From the NCBI GenBank assembly GCA_002811645.1, contig PDIP01000073.1, forward strand, positions 105,524-169,523: a stretch of 64,000 nucleotides of DNA, read 5' to 3'. Made by a program: the position numbers and the translations under genes. Below the pieces are notes generated by a model. That model was not told where the DNA came from, did not search any database, and saw nothing but the letters and a program-made list of their open reading frames with translations. Of the stretch, positions 21,320-33,919 are shown piece by piece; position 1 is the stretch's first letter, and each line of letters begins with the position of its first letter. The stretch is from Corallochytrium limacisporum Hawaii (lineage: Eukaryota; Protista; Pluriformea).

Positions 21320-23788
21320 ATGGCGGCGCAGGACTGTGAGGCGCTCATAATAGCAGCTCACTCTCTCGCAGAGGCTGTCAAGGAGCTGCCTGCTCCAGGC
21401 ATTGACTTCAACTTTTATGTCACTTTCCCAGAGGCCAGCAAAGCGTTTGCGTCGGGGTCCAAAAGGACAGGAGAACTTCTGCAAACCTTCCTTGGCCACG
21501 TTCAGGAGTTTGGCAGAAGAGAGAACCCGTTGCCGAACGAAGACATCGAATACGGGCTATACTCAGAGTACAATGACGCAGTCTTTGAACGAATAGACAC
21601 AGTCCTTGATCGACTGAGAAAGGGAACGTCTAATGCTGCTGTCAAGGCCGGACCGACAGCAAAGCAGAGCAGTGCATTGGGATCGTCGAACTTTGGACTG
21701 GGTAGGCCCCAGCTCTACTTCAAGGACAAAGTCGATAACTCGCCCGACTCCCCGTTTATACCGAAATTAAGAAGTAAACCGAACGCCGTGGTGCCATTGG
21801 ATGAGATCCTGGTAGAGTTCATCGATGCAGAAGAAAAGCTCAAGAATGATGCCCAAGGTAGCTACCGAGTGCCCAATGCGGGTACGGTGATTCCTGACAA
21901 GGTGCGAGAGCACATGGAAAACATGGGGATTATTCAAGAGGATGATGAGGTTAACAAACAGAACACAGATACAAGGCCGGGAGGTGTACACAGCGTCGTG
22001 GGGACCGGATTTCCCCATCCGTACCAGACCGAGCTGGAAACATTCAGTGCGAGCGAGGAGCAATTACAGCGACGGCCGGAGATCCATGCACCGTTACTGA
22101 AAGACACGACACCTGTCTGGATTGACAACGTTGAGGAACTAGAATCGCTACTGAAGACCCTGAAGGCTTGCAAAGAATTTGCCGTCGACTTGGAGCATCA
22201 CAGTTTCCGCTCATATCAAGGTTTTACGTGTCTAATGCAGATCTCAACGCGCAGCCAAGACTTTTTGGTGGACGCCATCGAACTGCGAGCTCACATGGAG
22301 CGCCTGAATGAAGTTTTCACGGATCCTGCGATTGTTAAGGTTCTGCATGGTGCCGATAGTGATGTGCTATGGTTACAAAAGGATTTTGGTCTGTATATGG
22401 TGAACATGTTCGACACAGGACAGGCAGCACGGGTCCTACAGTTGCCCCAGTACTCCCTAGCGTATCTTTTGCAGACTTTTGTCAAAATTCAAGCTGACAA
22501 ACAGTATCAACTGGCGGACTGGCGGATTCGTCCTATCCCCCCCGCCATGCTGCAATACGCTCAGCAGGACACGCATCACCTGCTTTTCATTTATGATCGC
22601 ATGGTGAACCTGCTCCTGGACATGGGCAATGCATCCCAGAACCTACTGCGGAGTGTCATTGATCGCAGCACCGAAGTTTGTCTACAAAAGTACGAGAAAC
22701 CCCAGTACAGTGAGGAGAGTTGGCAGAAAATGTATGCAAAGTACGATCGGCAGATGAGCGCGGTACAGAAGGTCGTGCTACGAGCACTGCACCAGTGGCG
22801 CGACAAAATTGCTCGGTTGGAGGACGAATCCCCAGTCTACGTCCTGCCTAACCACATGCTCTTGGCTATTGCTGAGAAACAACCAACCGAGATATCTGCA
22901 ATGCTCAGCTGTTGCTCCCCAGAGCCGCCGCTTCTGTGTGTGTACTGCGCTGATGTCATTCGGTTGGTCAAGGATGCGGCCCTCGATCTTGACGTGCTCG
23001 AAGCGGTGGAGAGTGCACAGGCTGCGATATCTACACGGCCTATTGAGGCAATGTTTTCCAGTGCAGGAGGATCCCAGGCAGTCCACGGTGCCGATGCGGT
23101 GCTCTCGCACTCGGCAATGACGGCCGAGGTGGAGGCATCACAATGGCTCAAAGCAGCCACAGGCCATAGCGCTCCTCTGAAACAGGCGCAGGTCAGTGAG
23201 GTGCTGGGTCAGATGCCCTGTAGTGTGTCCCGCACTACTCAGACCACACTGCAGGATATTGCAAATAGTTTTGATACTTGGTACGTCGCTGATGACGACA
23301 AGTATGAGCCTCCGACCGAGGGGTCAGGCACAGAACTAGGTGAAGCAGTTGCGCAGGAACGGAGTCAGACTATTGTGACCGTTGAAGAGGAAGAAATTGT
23401 GCCAGAAGAGATAGAAGCAGTCAACGAGCCCAAGACACCACAGGCTCTGCGCTACTTGCACAAGACACAGTCCACGAATAGCAAACGTGCCCGTGGCTTT
23501 TCCAATCGGCATGAGAGCACGAGCAAGAACAAGAAACCGAAACTGAAAGGGGGTTCTGCACAGCAGAACCAAGTAAAGACTTTTGAGTACTCCACTATAC
23601 CTTCGTTGATCGGGTCGACGAATGCGTCTGCGGAGGACAGCAAAGCCTTGAGTGTCAAGAGTGGCGGCCAGAGGAATCTCAAAGCCGGCGCCACAGGTTT
23701 CACACCAAAGGAAGTCGACTATGGCAAGGTCCCGCGCAGCCAGGTTGGCAACAAGCGTGGAGAACGCAGTCGAGTGTTCAAGAAGTAA
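21320..23788 (+). CDS. EXOSC10: Exosome 3'-5' exonuclease Rrp6/EXOSC10
   Basis: FAVDLEHHSFRSYQGFTCLMQISTR, HGADSD, YQLADWRIRP and HRDC motif WRDKIARLEDES. Confidence 0.96.
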   Translation: MAAQDCEALIIAAHSLAEAVKELPAPGIDFNFYVTFPEASKAFASGSKRTGELLQTFLGHVQEFGRRENPLPNEDIEYGLYSEYNDAVFERIDTVLDRLRKGTSNAAVKAGPTAKQSSALGSSNFGLGRPQLYFKDKVDNSPDSPFIPKLRSKPNAVVPLDEILVEFIDAEEKLKNDAQGSYRVPNAGTVIPDKVREHMENMGIIQEDDEVNKQNTDTRPGGVHSVVGTGFPHPYQTELETFSASEEQLQRRPEIHAPLLKDTTPVWIDNVEELESLLKTLKACKEFAVDLEHHSFRSYQGFTCLMQISTRSQDFLVDAIELRAHMERLNEVFTDPAIVKVLHGADSDVLWLQKDFGLYMVNMFDTGQAARVLQLPQYSLAYLLQTFVKIQADKQYQLADWRIRPIPPAMLQYAQQDTHHLLFIYDRMVNLLLDMGNASQNLLRSVIDRSTEVCLQKYEKPQYSEESWQKMYAKYDRQMSAVQKVVLRALHQWRDKIARLEDESPVYVLPNHMLLAIAEKQPTEISAMLSCCSPEPPLLCVYCADVIRLVKDAALDLDVLEAVESAQAAISTRPIEAMFSSAGGSQAVHGADAVLSHSAMTAEVEASQWLKAATGHSAPLKQAQVSEVLGQMPCSVSRTTQTTLQDIANSFDTWYVADDDKYEPPTEGSGTELGEAVAQERSQTIVTVEEEEIVPEEIEAVNEPKTPQALRYLHKTQSTNSKRARGFSNRHESTSKNKKPKLKGGSAQQNQVKTFEYSTIPSLIGSTNASAEDSKALSVKSGGQRNLKAGATGFTPKEVDYGKVPRSQVGNKRGERSRVFKK

Positions 23789-24857
23789 GACAGAAATCCT
23801 TGCAGCCCTTGACAAATGCTTGGAATAAATGGACATACAGCATGATGACTACTTTTCTGGATAACGGGACTATTGAGGTGGTGAAGACCACCGCAGTGCT
23901 GACCCCCATTCCCCACCCGTCCGTATCCGTTGTCGGCAACCTCGGATAACCGCGCCATCAGTTTCACAATACAGACCCGCCCCCTCCAACCAATCGTTGC
24001 GGCCCGTGATGGCGGCCTCCCCCGGTATTGAAGACCGAACCAACTGATGATTACCCCCCTGCCCCACCCCCAAAGGCCCCCTTTGCTGGCCTCGAAAAGG
24101 AAGGAAATAGAGTCCCATACATTTACTACAGAACCTGCGCCATGCTACACAACACAACAAGGGCAGTGGCTGTTCGTAGTGACACCATCCATCAGTCCCG
24201 GAAAGGGGGGTTTCAACAGTGCTTTTGCAGCTCCGATGCTTGTTTTATTTTTAGTATAGTTGTAGCCTGGAGCTCACGACCCGTACTAAGTCCTTGCCAT
24301 GTAGCTTACGTGACCCACACCACATGTCGACTGCTGTGTTGCTCTGTGCGCTGTGCACAGGGAAGAAACGGAGCTATGGGCGTCATAAATTCACCGCTTG
24401 CTAACGGACAGCTGTGGCTCCTATGAGTTTGGTTTGCACCGTCGATCACAATCTCACCCGCGAACATAGGAAGACAGTGTGCCAATCGATAAACTTTAAT
24501 CGTGATTCAATGGAAAGACCGCATCAAAACCCATATCCGCAAAACAGGCCCTGGCTACTGCCGTAGCAGTGGAGCCATCACAATATGTGATATGTGCCGA
24601 TCACTCATACGAGCAGAGAGAAGCGAAAGCTCAGATGGGACAAACGAAGGGGGCGTGCCAGCACCGGCACTCTACATGCTGTCCTTCGACTCTTTTCTAG
24701 TGTTGACAACCGAACGAACTTGTTTACCTCAGTGATAGCCCAGGTGTGCACTAGGTACTTGATCTGTTGTGGTTACCGTTCTTCCTGCTGTCATTGCAAT
24801 ACAGGATTGTATCATAGATCATGCACACAAAAACAATCAGACGCTAGCTGATTAACC

Positions 24858-26003
24858 ATGTCACTGATCGCCAACACTTCCCGACTCCTGTTCGGTGCCA
24901 ACAAGAGCACAGTCGCTCGCCCGCTTGGTTGTGCTCTTGCCAACCATACGCGCACGTACGTCACGGGCCCGTACCCATCGCAATGGGAGGACTATCCCCG
25001 CGACGACGTGGTCGCTGCGGTCGGTAAGACGCCCCTGATTAAACTGAGGCGGGCCTCCGAGCTGACGGGGTGCAACATCTACGGTAAGGCCGAATTCATG
25101 AATCCTGGTGGATCTGTGAAAGACCGGGCAGCCCTCTACCTCGTGAAGGATGCCGAAGAGAGGGGACAACTCAAACCCGGAGGTACCGTCGTGGAGGGCA
25201 CCGCAGGCAACACCGGTATTGGTCTGGCGCATATTTGCCGCGCTAAGGGCTATCACTGCGTGATCTACATGCCGAATACCCAGAGTCAAGAAAAGATTGA
25301 CACCCTTACCGTACTTGGAGCCGAAGTCCGTCCAGTGCCTGCCGTGCCGTTTAGCGATCCCAACAACTACAACCACCAGGCCAAGCGGTTTGCTGAAGGG
25401 CTGGAAAATGCGATCTGGACCAACCAATTTGACAACACAGCCAATCGTCGCAGCCACTACGAAACTACTGGTCCGGAGATCTGGGCACAGTTGGACGGTA
25501 AGATTGACGCCTTTACCTGCTCCACAGGCACTGGAGGCACGCTAGCGGGTGTAAGTCAGTTCATGAAAGAGAAGAATCCAGACGTGAAGATTGTATTGGC
25601 TGATCCGCCGGGCTCTGTGCTGTACAATCACTTCACCCACGGCAAGCTCGAACGTGAGGGTACTGGAAGTGTGACCGAGGGCATCGGGCAGGGCCGGGTA
25701 ACGGATAACTTGAATGGCGCAGCGGTGGACTGGGCTCTCCATGTTCCAGATGAACAATCGATTGAACAGGTTTACCATCTGATGTACGAGGAAGGCATGA
25801 TTCTGGGATCCTCCGCTGCCCTGAACGTGGCTGCCGCCACGGAGGTAGCCACGAAGCTCGGACCAGGACACACCGTTGTGACCATTCTATGTGACAGTGG
25901 TCTCCGTTACGCGCGCCGCCTTTTCAATCCGGAGTGGTTGAAGGCCAAGAAGCTCTGGGATTCTATTCCGGAACAGTATCATCAGTTTGCGCGTATGAAC
26001 TAA
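24858..26003 (+). CDS. Cysteine synthase (O-acetylserine sulfhydrylase), presequence-bearing
   Basis: [29 protein letters not shown] and TEGIGQGR. There is no CBS/heme extension, and the N-terminus is presequence-like. Confidence 0.92.
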   Translation: MSLIANTSRLLFGANKSTVARPLGCALANHTRTYVTGPYPSQWEDYPRDDVVAAVGKTPLIKLRRASELTGCNIYGKAEFMNPGGSVKDRAALYLVKDAEERGQLKPGGTVVEGTAGNTGIGLAHICRAKGYHCVIYMPNTQSQEKIDTLTVLGAEVRPVPAVPFSDPNNYNHQAKRFAEGLENAIWTNQFDNTANRRSHYETTGPEIWAQLDGKIDAFTCSTGTGGTLAGVSQFMKEKNPDVKIVLADPPGSVLYNHFTHGKLEREGTGSVTEGIGQGRVTDNLNGAAVDWALHVPDEQSIEQVYHLMYEEGMILGSSAALNVAAATEVATKLGPGHTVVTILCDSGLRYARRLFNPEWLKAKKLWDSIPEQYHQFARMN

Positions 26004-26122
26004 GTTCACGGCTGGCAGCGGTAGGGAATTGAGAGTAGACAGTTCGGATTTCACCCGTGCTTTCATAAATTTCCATGTTTCCATCCCACTAGTAATTCAG
26101 AAGAAATGCATCGTGCCAATAT

Positions 26123-28870
26123 TCAAAACTTGTATGATTTCTGTATCAATTCATCCTGTGGTCCCGGAGATCTCATGTGTTGCGTGTCGGGTGCGGTGGG
26201 TTCTGAGGGGACCACACCACTAGCATAATCTTCTCTGCCTACGGACCGCTGGTACTCGCCACTGCCCATATCTTCTCCAGTCATGGCTCTGAGCGCCTGC
26301 AGACGACACTGATACTCCACGTATTGCTCCGCGCGCTGGACCTGGGCCGGCTTTTCGTCAATAATTTGCTTGCTAAGGTACCGTGCGAGCAGGTACAAAT
26401 GCTCCCCGACCATGGCTGCAATAATCATCTCTTTGATGGTGACTTCCAGGTTAATGAGATGAACGCCCTCTGTCATCAACAATGGGACGTGGAAGATTGC
26501 GATTTCGTTATAATAGACAACAAACAACACACTGAGTACAACGAACGCAGATGCCACGAGCAACTCCAGCACCGTGCGCCAGGGTCCAATACTGTTTACC
26601 AAGCGAGGGGTGGGCCTGCGGCACATCATCATGAGCTTCATGCTGTGGTGCCGCATAGCCAGCATGTTCACGATCCATGATGCCGTCGCACCCAATCCAT
26701 ACATCGGCAGAAACATTGTGCAGTATCCGATCTGTCGCAGAAGATTGGCATAATCTTTGAATGTCTCGTATTCGGGCATCTTGTACTCGCGATAGAGCTG
26801 TCGCAGGAGATGTTCAATGCGTTGTGCCTCCTCAAAAGTCTGTAGAGTTGTATCGCTGCCGCTGAGACCGCTCCCCGTACCATTGTCTAATTTTCTGTAG
26901 ACCGGAGTCGACAGTACCTGATTCAACGAGTGCTCCAACAAGCTCTGGAGATCGTCAACCTCTGTACTGGAGGCCCTGGCAATGAATTCGCGGATCCGGT
27001 GCGTGGAGACAAGTAATTTGCATTGTTTCTTCTCGAGGTGATTCCTCAGTTTGCCCGCTAGGGCCAGGATCCTGCCTTCTTGCTCCATGACGTTCTGTTT
27101 GACACGCAGGAACAGCAGGTCCTGTACCCGAAACCGCCGGTAGATGAAGGGCAAAAGGAACGTACTGACAAGGGAATTAAACTCTTGAACGATCAGTAAC
27201 ATTGCCAAATACTTTTGAAGCAGTTGCAATCGAGCCTCTTTGTCCTTTTCGTGGTCAATGCTCCCATCCGCCGCCCCAGCATTCTCACCCCACCGCAGCC
27301 AATCCCCCAACCAAGGAAGAGCCTTTTGGAACACAAAGGCTCGCTCGCCGAAAGGAATGTATATGAAGGCAATCAACATCAAGGGCACGAACGCATTGCT
27401 GAACGTAGATGCGATGAGCTTGATACCCAAATTGTACTCGTACTGGGACGCTTTCTGGTAGTTTTCCCAGTTGTTGCTCCATGTCGCGAATCTGCGATAG
27501 AGCATGTCACAGGCGTTTATCACACAACCATGGACAAATGTGGCAAGGTTGACTACGGCCCATTTGAATGGTCCGTTGTAGGCCGTCTCAGAGAATAAGC
27601 GGATGCTGAAGAAGACCACCATGATCACATTTAGGCCACAGCCCCAGATAACAAATACAGGAAGCAGCAGCAATGACTTCACTGTGCGTCTCCAACGGGG
27701 ATAGGTTTTGACCATCTTACCCTTGATTAGAAAGTGCGGCACAGTGCCTGTATGCCGAAACTCTGCACGATCCTCTTCAACACCGACAGCATCCCCGATG
27801 CCCCACTTTTCCACTAGGTAACAGGTGTAGCGATCCCAGAACAGAGGGAAAGCTGTACTCCAGATAAGCACAGCTATCCCGAGCGGGACTGCCGGGTAAA
27901 TAGAGCCATACCATGCACATAAGCCTAGAGCTGCCAGGATGGACAGCCATCGTGTGTAGAACGTGAGAAAGGCGAAGTAGAACCCCACCTGTGGCCCGAA
28001 GTGGTCGGTCAGCTCAGAGATATCGCTTTCCCTATAGAACCATGATTCAATCGTATTCCGCATCCACCGCCGGCTGAAGGCTTCGTCATGCTTCGGAAAT
28101 ACGGCCAGAACATCAATGGTGTTAATAGTTTGTCCATTGTGGGTGTACTTCATCCCTTCCATCACACCGGTGCGGATGCCCGCAGTGTCAATCAGTTTGT
28201 TTATCACACAGAGGGACTCGCTGGTGGTCAGATAGTCTGGCCCGAACTTGTCATTACTTTCGTCTTCACGAAGAGTTGTGATGGGACTGTAGCTTGACCG
28301 ATGTCCTAGGAGCCAGGCCGTCCTCCTCCATTTGTCAACTGAATGGACAATGACATGGATTGGCGCACTAACCAGGGTGAAGCAAATCCCTCCCTTACCA
28401 GTCTCCTCCATGCTGTAGGTTTCACTGGTCGCTCGCACACTTTCCAGTTGATGCACAATGTAACGTACTGCTGGATGTTGCTGTTCACGTCCTACATACT
28501 CTGCAGGAATTCGCACGGCAATGACGTAGACATTTCGCAGCCGCGGTTCCTCAGAGTCCAGTTGCTTCATGGTGAAACGCTCCTGAATCCCTCTACCGAT
28601 CTTTCCGAGTCCCTTTCTGACACTGCCACCACTCCCGGAGCCACAGGGACCACCTGGGGATCCGAAAGCGTGTGGCGTTTTCAGGCCATTCGAGCCTCCA
28701 ATTTGCTGTAATGAGTGTTGCAGAACCTTTTTGAGGTCATTAAATGTAAAGTTATGGGACAGTTTCGGGCCCATTCGACCCGGGCCTGTCCCCTCAGAGC
28801 CCTCGTCCAACGCAGCAGGATTGCTCCCAATCCGATGCCGGTGTGTTGGAAACTCTTTCCCACTCTGCAT
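26123..28870 (-). CDS. Anoctamin/TMEM16 family scramblase or channel
   Basis: VFPKH, HFGPQVGFYFAFLTFYTRWL, NWENYQKASQYE, YETFKDY...QIGY and RRPTPRLVNSIGPW, with multiple TM segments. Confidence 0.9.
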   Translation of the reverse strand: MQSGKEFPTHRHRIGSNPAALDEGSEGTGPGRMGPKLSHNFTFNDLKKVLQHSLQQIGGSNGLKTPHAFGSPGGPCGSGSGGSVRKGLGKIGRGIQERFTMKQLDSEEPRLRNVYVIAVRIPAEYVGREQQHPAVRYIVHQLESVRATSETYSMEETGKGGICFTLVSAPIHVIVHSVDKWRRTAWLLGHRSSYSPITTLREDESNDKFGPDYLTTSESLCVINKLIDTAGIRTGVMEGMKYTHNGQTINTIDVLAVFPKHDEAFSRRWMRNTIESWFYRESDISELTDHFGPQVGFYFAFLTFYTRWLSILAALGLCAWYGSIYPAVPLGIAVLIWSTAFPLFWDRYTCYLVEKWGIGDAVGVEEDRAEFRHTGTVPHFLIKGKMVKTYPRWRRTVKSLLLLPVFVIWGCGLNVIMVVFFSIRLFSETAYNGPFKWAVVNLATFVHGCVINACDMLYRRFATWSNNWENYQKASQYEYNLGIKLIASTFSNAFVPLMLIAFIYIPFGERAFVFQKALPWLGDWLRWGENAGAADGSIDHEKDKEARLQLLQKYLAMLLIVQEFNSLVSTFLLPFIYRRFRVQDLLFLRVKQNVMEQEGRILALAGKLRNHLEKKQCKLLVSTHRIREFIARASSTEVDDLQSLLEHSLNQVLSTPVYRKLDNGTGSGLSGSDTTLQTFEEAQRIEHLLRQLYREYKMPEYETFKDYANLLRQIGYCTMFLPMYGLGATASWIVNMLAMRHHSMKLMMMCRRPTPRLVNSIGPWRTVLELLVASAFVVLSVLFVVYYNEIAIFHVPLLMTEGVHLINLEVTIKEMIIAAMVGEHLYLLARYLSKQIIDEKPAQVQRAEQYVEYQCRLQALRAMTGEDMGSGEYQRSVGREDYASGVVPSEPTAPDTQHMRSPGPQDELIQKSYKF

Positions 28871-29559
28871 GGTGCTCTTTTGGGATGATTCCTATCTGAG
28901 AGAACGTATCATTGTGTAGTACTGCGTTTGCGTGTATGGTAGATACTGACTTCATTCGCCGCCAAAGATCTGTGACAAGTTCATAGACTCTGCTCCCTTT
29001 GATGTCTTTGGTTTCCCTTTGATGTCTTTGTTCAGTCTCATATACCGGTAAGTTTAGGGATAGGATTCGAACGAGTTCCTTGTATGCGATAAGAGGGATG
29101 GGATTGAGAGGAGTGTTCCTCAGCGCGTCAGGGCTCTGATACCCAACCGTCGAATCCCATCCATACTCACCCACCTAGATGCTGTCATCGCGGGTTGGCA
29201 ACCCACCAACCCGCCTCCATACATGGCTAGGGATTATTGAAAAGTAGAGATCGGATACGCAATACGCTAATCAATTTCCTATTGCGCGGCCACAACCGGC
29301 ATTTTCATAAGGGGAATTTCAGGCGACACTGGGGTTTTATGTATTCTCTATCTCTATGTTGCATTCTGTCTCGAACGGGCGTCGCTTTGCGTGTGAACTG
29401 CGAACTGTACTAGGCCGGAAAATTACTTTTTTAATGAACTCTCTCTTGAGTATCGGGAAGGCTATGATTAAATATGATCATCATATATCAGCTGATTTTA
29501 TCCAATTAAATCAATGATTTATAATCAAAGCAGGCTGCACAACAACCTATTTATTGCTT

Positions 29560-32500
29560 ACATCGCTTGAGTGCAGTTGGTCGATATGTCAACTTTTTGG
29601 GGGCCGAGGCCCCACTAGTTCAGTGTACCTGCGAATTCTCCTTTGCCCCAGCCGAGATATCGAAGCGTCAGGTATCCTTCTACTCAGAATCCAACACACA
29701 CAACCGTTCAGTGTCCAATTCCTAGTCAAAGCATAATCTTATCAAACCCCTTCTCGCGATAGCGGTGTATGTATAGTGGCGAGATATTCGTATGCTTGGT
29801 GCTCCCCAGCCTCCCCCAATCTCCTCCTTGCGCGTACCTGCGGAATGGCATTCCTGGAGGGATTTGTGAAGTAGCGGTGCTCGTCGGCTGCGCATTTCAT
29901 ATATTCGGCCCCTGCTGGCGTCCGGCAGTCTTTGGTAGTGGTGAACCTTTTGTGTTCAAAGGTGCGGGTTTCGCTCACCACCTTTCACGGGTTTAATATC
30001 CGCACAACTCATAAAAACAACCTTTCAGTACATACATACACCACACCCTACTTGCAACGTTTGCCGCTCCCCAGTCCCACCGTTAACGGCCGAGTCTGAG
30101 TTTTCACACCAAATGCGGCCATACACGGCTGCCGTAGAACACAGGAGGCTTGAGAACACCTTATGAAATGCTGCGCAACTGCGGAGAAGATGAAGCGATA
30201 GGATTGCTTATGCGTCTCACGCTCTGTATTGTACGACTGCGCAGGGGCCGCGGCCTTCATACAAACAGACTGTTTAGTATATAAACCAGAGGTCAGTAGT
30301 CGCATCAGGTGTGGCATGGCCGGGCTTTCGGTAGCACTGGGAGTGTGTGGAGCTTTTTCTTGGCAGGAGTGGTTAAGGGATTTACAACAAACAGAATTCA
30401 TCATTGGAAATTCGGCCCCGGTATAGGATATAGCAAGGACTTCATTGAATGTAAGAAATGGTTGGACCAATTGCTCCAACCGCAATACACGAGCTCCCCC
30501 AAGCGAGCAAACACTCAACAACCAGCCATCCCCGGATTGTGGCGCATCCATGGGTAGTAAAGAAATGTTGTTGTGGCGGCACTTGGTACTTGAACCTTTC
30601 TCCTGGTCCGCCCATAGTAGGTGCTAATGCTATTTATAACTCATTCTCCAGGCGTGATCCCGGGATATTGCAATGTGGGGGATGGCCTTACCTGAAGTTC
30701 GATGTGTTGGTGCCGTCCTTGTTTGCGTGAGCGTGTGCTGACCGAAGGCGGGTACTAGCAGACGCATTTTGAAGTACCGAAGCAAATGGTGCGTTCGTCG
30801 TCATAGCTAGGTTTACGCAGGTTCATCCGGCGACATACATACACAGCGCACACGCGTTTTATTACGGGTTTCCACTCATTAGCTAGGCTCAACTGCACCG
30901 AAGCATTTGGAACTGCAGGTGTGTTCATTCTGTTTGTGGACTGTGGAAGCCCATAGCACAACGAATCTCCTACCTCGCTCACCTCGTTCACACATCGCAG
31001 ACTCATGGGCAGAATGTTTCTATGCCTCACACTCACACACGGTCATACAGACCACAAGAACACCGTTCATATACCAAAACGGACAATGGAACTAAAATCA
31101 CAGAGCTGCACACTCGCCACCAAGCCAAATCCTGCCATTGCTATCAGTTAGTGTCCGATGCATCGTACTGTCACACCGCTCGCACCTCATTTTCTTCCAT
31201 GTACAATACATGCGTGTGTCTCATGCCAGGATACTGACCGCCAGCTGTCTCTAGTATTGACTAATCATGTCGCTTACTGAAACCAGAGGAACCCATCTGC
31301 GTTGCCAAAACTGGTCCGGAAAACATCCAGAGCTACTTGGAAGTCTGGTTTTGTGGCGTCCATCAGCCAATTAATACGTCGCTTTCATCCACCGAGTTGA
31401 CTCAATCCTCTAATGGCCCTCTAGGACTGCTCTGTGACCCAATGAGCTTGTCCAGCTAATTTGTCGGAGTGGTGCTCCAAGGGACAGTAGCGCTTCGAGT
31501 TCGCACACAAAATCTTACTAATACTGCTGCAAACCCAGCGGACCCCTACCCTACCTTGCAAGAATTTTCCCACACTACCCCTGTGCCATTCCTGTCTGGT
31601 GTGCGACTGTGGTGGTCGTTGTGGTGCAAACCGGTGGGAACCCCAGGCACGACATTGCGCAGAAAAGATTCGTCTCTGCCATTTATCTCTCCCACCAATA
31701 CACAATCCGGAGTATCATTGAGACGGAGGAATTTTGAGTTATATTTTTGCGGAGACGCGGGCAAATACCAGCTCTTCCATAGCCTTGATATTGCGCTTAG
31801 TATGTCCTGGACGTGTGGCTGCGGTCCGTTTCGATTTGTAGATAACCCAGATATTCCATTCAAGATGTGCAAAATATCTCTGACCAATTTGTTCCTCAGG
31901 AGAATATTTGTAAGGTGCCGTTCAGTGTCATTAGGGCAGCAATTGGGCAGAATTAAGGTATTCTCCTGAGGACTCTTTCACGGAAATTCCAATACGGGCA
32001 GGTCACCGAAAATGTGCCAAAATGAAAATAGCGACTAAACGATGATGCATTGCTGCAATGGGTACTGGCATACAAAACAGTAGCATATGACAGCTCCGAT
32101 CTTCCCCCGACACTAGTATCTCCGGTGTACGAGATTGCTAGACTGACAGTGTGAATGCGCCTAACCTAGGCGAGATGATAGGAGAATACAGAACAGAAGA
32201 GGCACACAGCGAATGTATGGTTGCGCAATCATCAGAGTAAGGTACCTCACTGTTGTCCTTCAGCGGTACCAACGCCAAACAGAATGTTTAGCTCAGGCTA
32301 AAGCACACAGCAGTGATGTATGCGGTATCCTTCATTTGTATGGAGAAGTTGCTCCCATTTCAGGTGCAGAAAGGGAAGCGCACTACTAACTCCCAAGTAC
32401 GCTAAATGCACATGGTCGCGGTACACCTCCGCCCAGCTATGCGGCTCTTCAGATGATATTAAAATGGAAGGAATGTTTGAACCCAGACCAGAGTCACGGC

Positions 32501-32960
32501 ACGACTGCTGAGTGTTTGACCATTGCATCCCGAATGGCCTGACCGAGCAAGGTTTGCAATGTGGAAGGGAGGAACCATGATTTCGCTTTCTTGCTCATAC
32601 AATACACTTAGAACCTTCGGATTCCGCATTGCGGGCCGAAGACAATACGAGTAAAGTCCGAACTGGCACAACAATGTCACCTCCGATGCAATTTGCACCT
32701 ATCTCGCAGCAACGAGCTGTTTGTACAACGCATGATGCAGTATTGAACACCGCAGTGAACAGGTGCTCCCCTATGGCGTTCGACATTGGGCCATGAGCAG
32801 ACGGGCAAAGTTTTTCTTCCGGAAATTGTCCTTGAGAAGTCGGACGCAGCTTTCTTGAGTCTACGCAGCCAATAAGAGCTGCCAACAATCCCACAAAAAT
32901 AGAACTCAATAGTTTTTCCACATGGCAGCCAAACTCCCTATTGAACAAACTGCACATTGC
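29560..32960 (-). pseudogene. Heavily decayed gamma-tubulin complex component, GCP5-like (Spc97/Spc98 family)
   Basis: Collinear minus-strand motifs across several frames: SNAIGEHLFTAVFN (32783-32742), TLLVLSS (about 32657), LVRDILHILNGISG (31887), NWLMD (31372), DQFWQRRW (31316), FHKVFSSLL...AVY (30168), M-x8-YF (29900) and HQAYEYLATI (29801-29772). Boundaries are approximate. Confidence 0.55.
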
Positions 32961-33919
32961 TCATCCACTACAGCTAAGACGGTAATTCTGTTACGGTTGA
33001 AATTTCCGACTGTTTACCTTTTGGAGCTTGGATCATTATGGCTGGTTGTCAGTGAAGAATAGTTTTCACAAGTGAAGCAGGGCAAAACACTTGCAACCAC
33101 GAGGGAGGGATGCCAGCCTCAGGATGCAGGTCAGAAAAATCAACAATACCATGATACTTCAATTCCTTTCAGAACATTCAGTATTCAGGACATCAACCTT
33201 GGAATTGTGGCATACTTCATTTACTATCGGTGTTGAGCACACAATATGTTTTGTCGCTCATCCCTTATAGTCTCTGACAATGTTCCTTATTTCACAAATT
33301 AGGCGGTTGCCCGGTGCCCTGAAGAATGAGAGACGATTTGGAACACTTTTCGACCGACGGCTACAATTACCTTCTCTTCTCCACTGACAATGACGATGAC
33401 GTTTTCACTAGTGAATGTGTAGGTTGGTATCTGAGAATTGCATATACTACCTTCTGAATTTCTCCCTAGGATGGGCGGAGGGGAGACTCTGATGAAATGG
33501 TCCCTCGATGACCAGTCACTGAGTGAGAACTTCGCCTCCGTTTCGCCCCTCTCATCTAAAGCTGACGTTCGCTCGGATCGGAAATCATTGAACAAGTCGC
33601 CCACTACCACATGTTTAGGTCAGATTGTGTCAATCCATGACATCCCTCGACAAGAGCTGCCTAATCTGGTGTGTTGGGAGATGGTGGTGGTGGGGTTCTG
33701 GTTTCTTGCGGCCAAATGAGTGTCTTCGCACTAGTCATTGCAAGGCACCGCCACCGTGTTAGTGTCGTTTACGAAGACGTGACGACGCATCATAAAACAT
33801 ATAGTATACTAAATTGTTGGAGCTGACCCATCAAACAATGCATTTCGTAGACGGGGCATATATAGTACATATTATCAATGTGTTTGACATACGCAAAACA
33901 AGCAAACAAAAGAATACTC

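Noticed and set aside
23838-23905. C/D box snoRNA-like ATGATGA...CTGA after RRP6
   Set aside because: No proper terminal stem outside the boxes and no recognisable rRNA guide. It lies in the probable 3' UTR.
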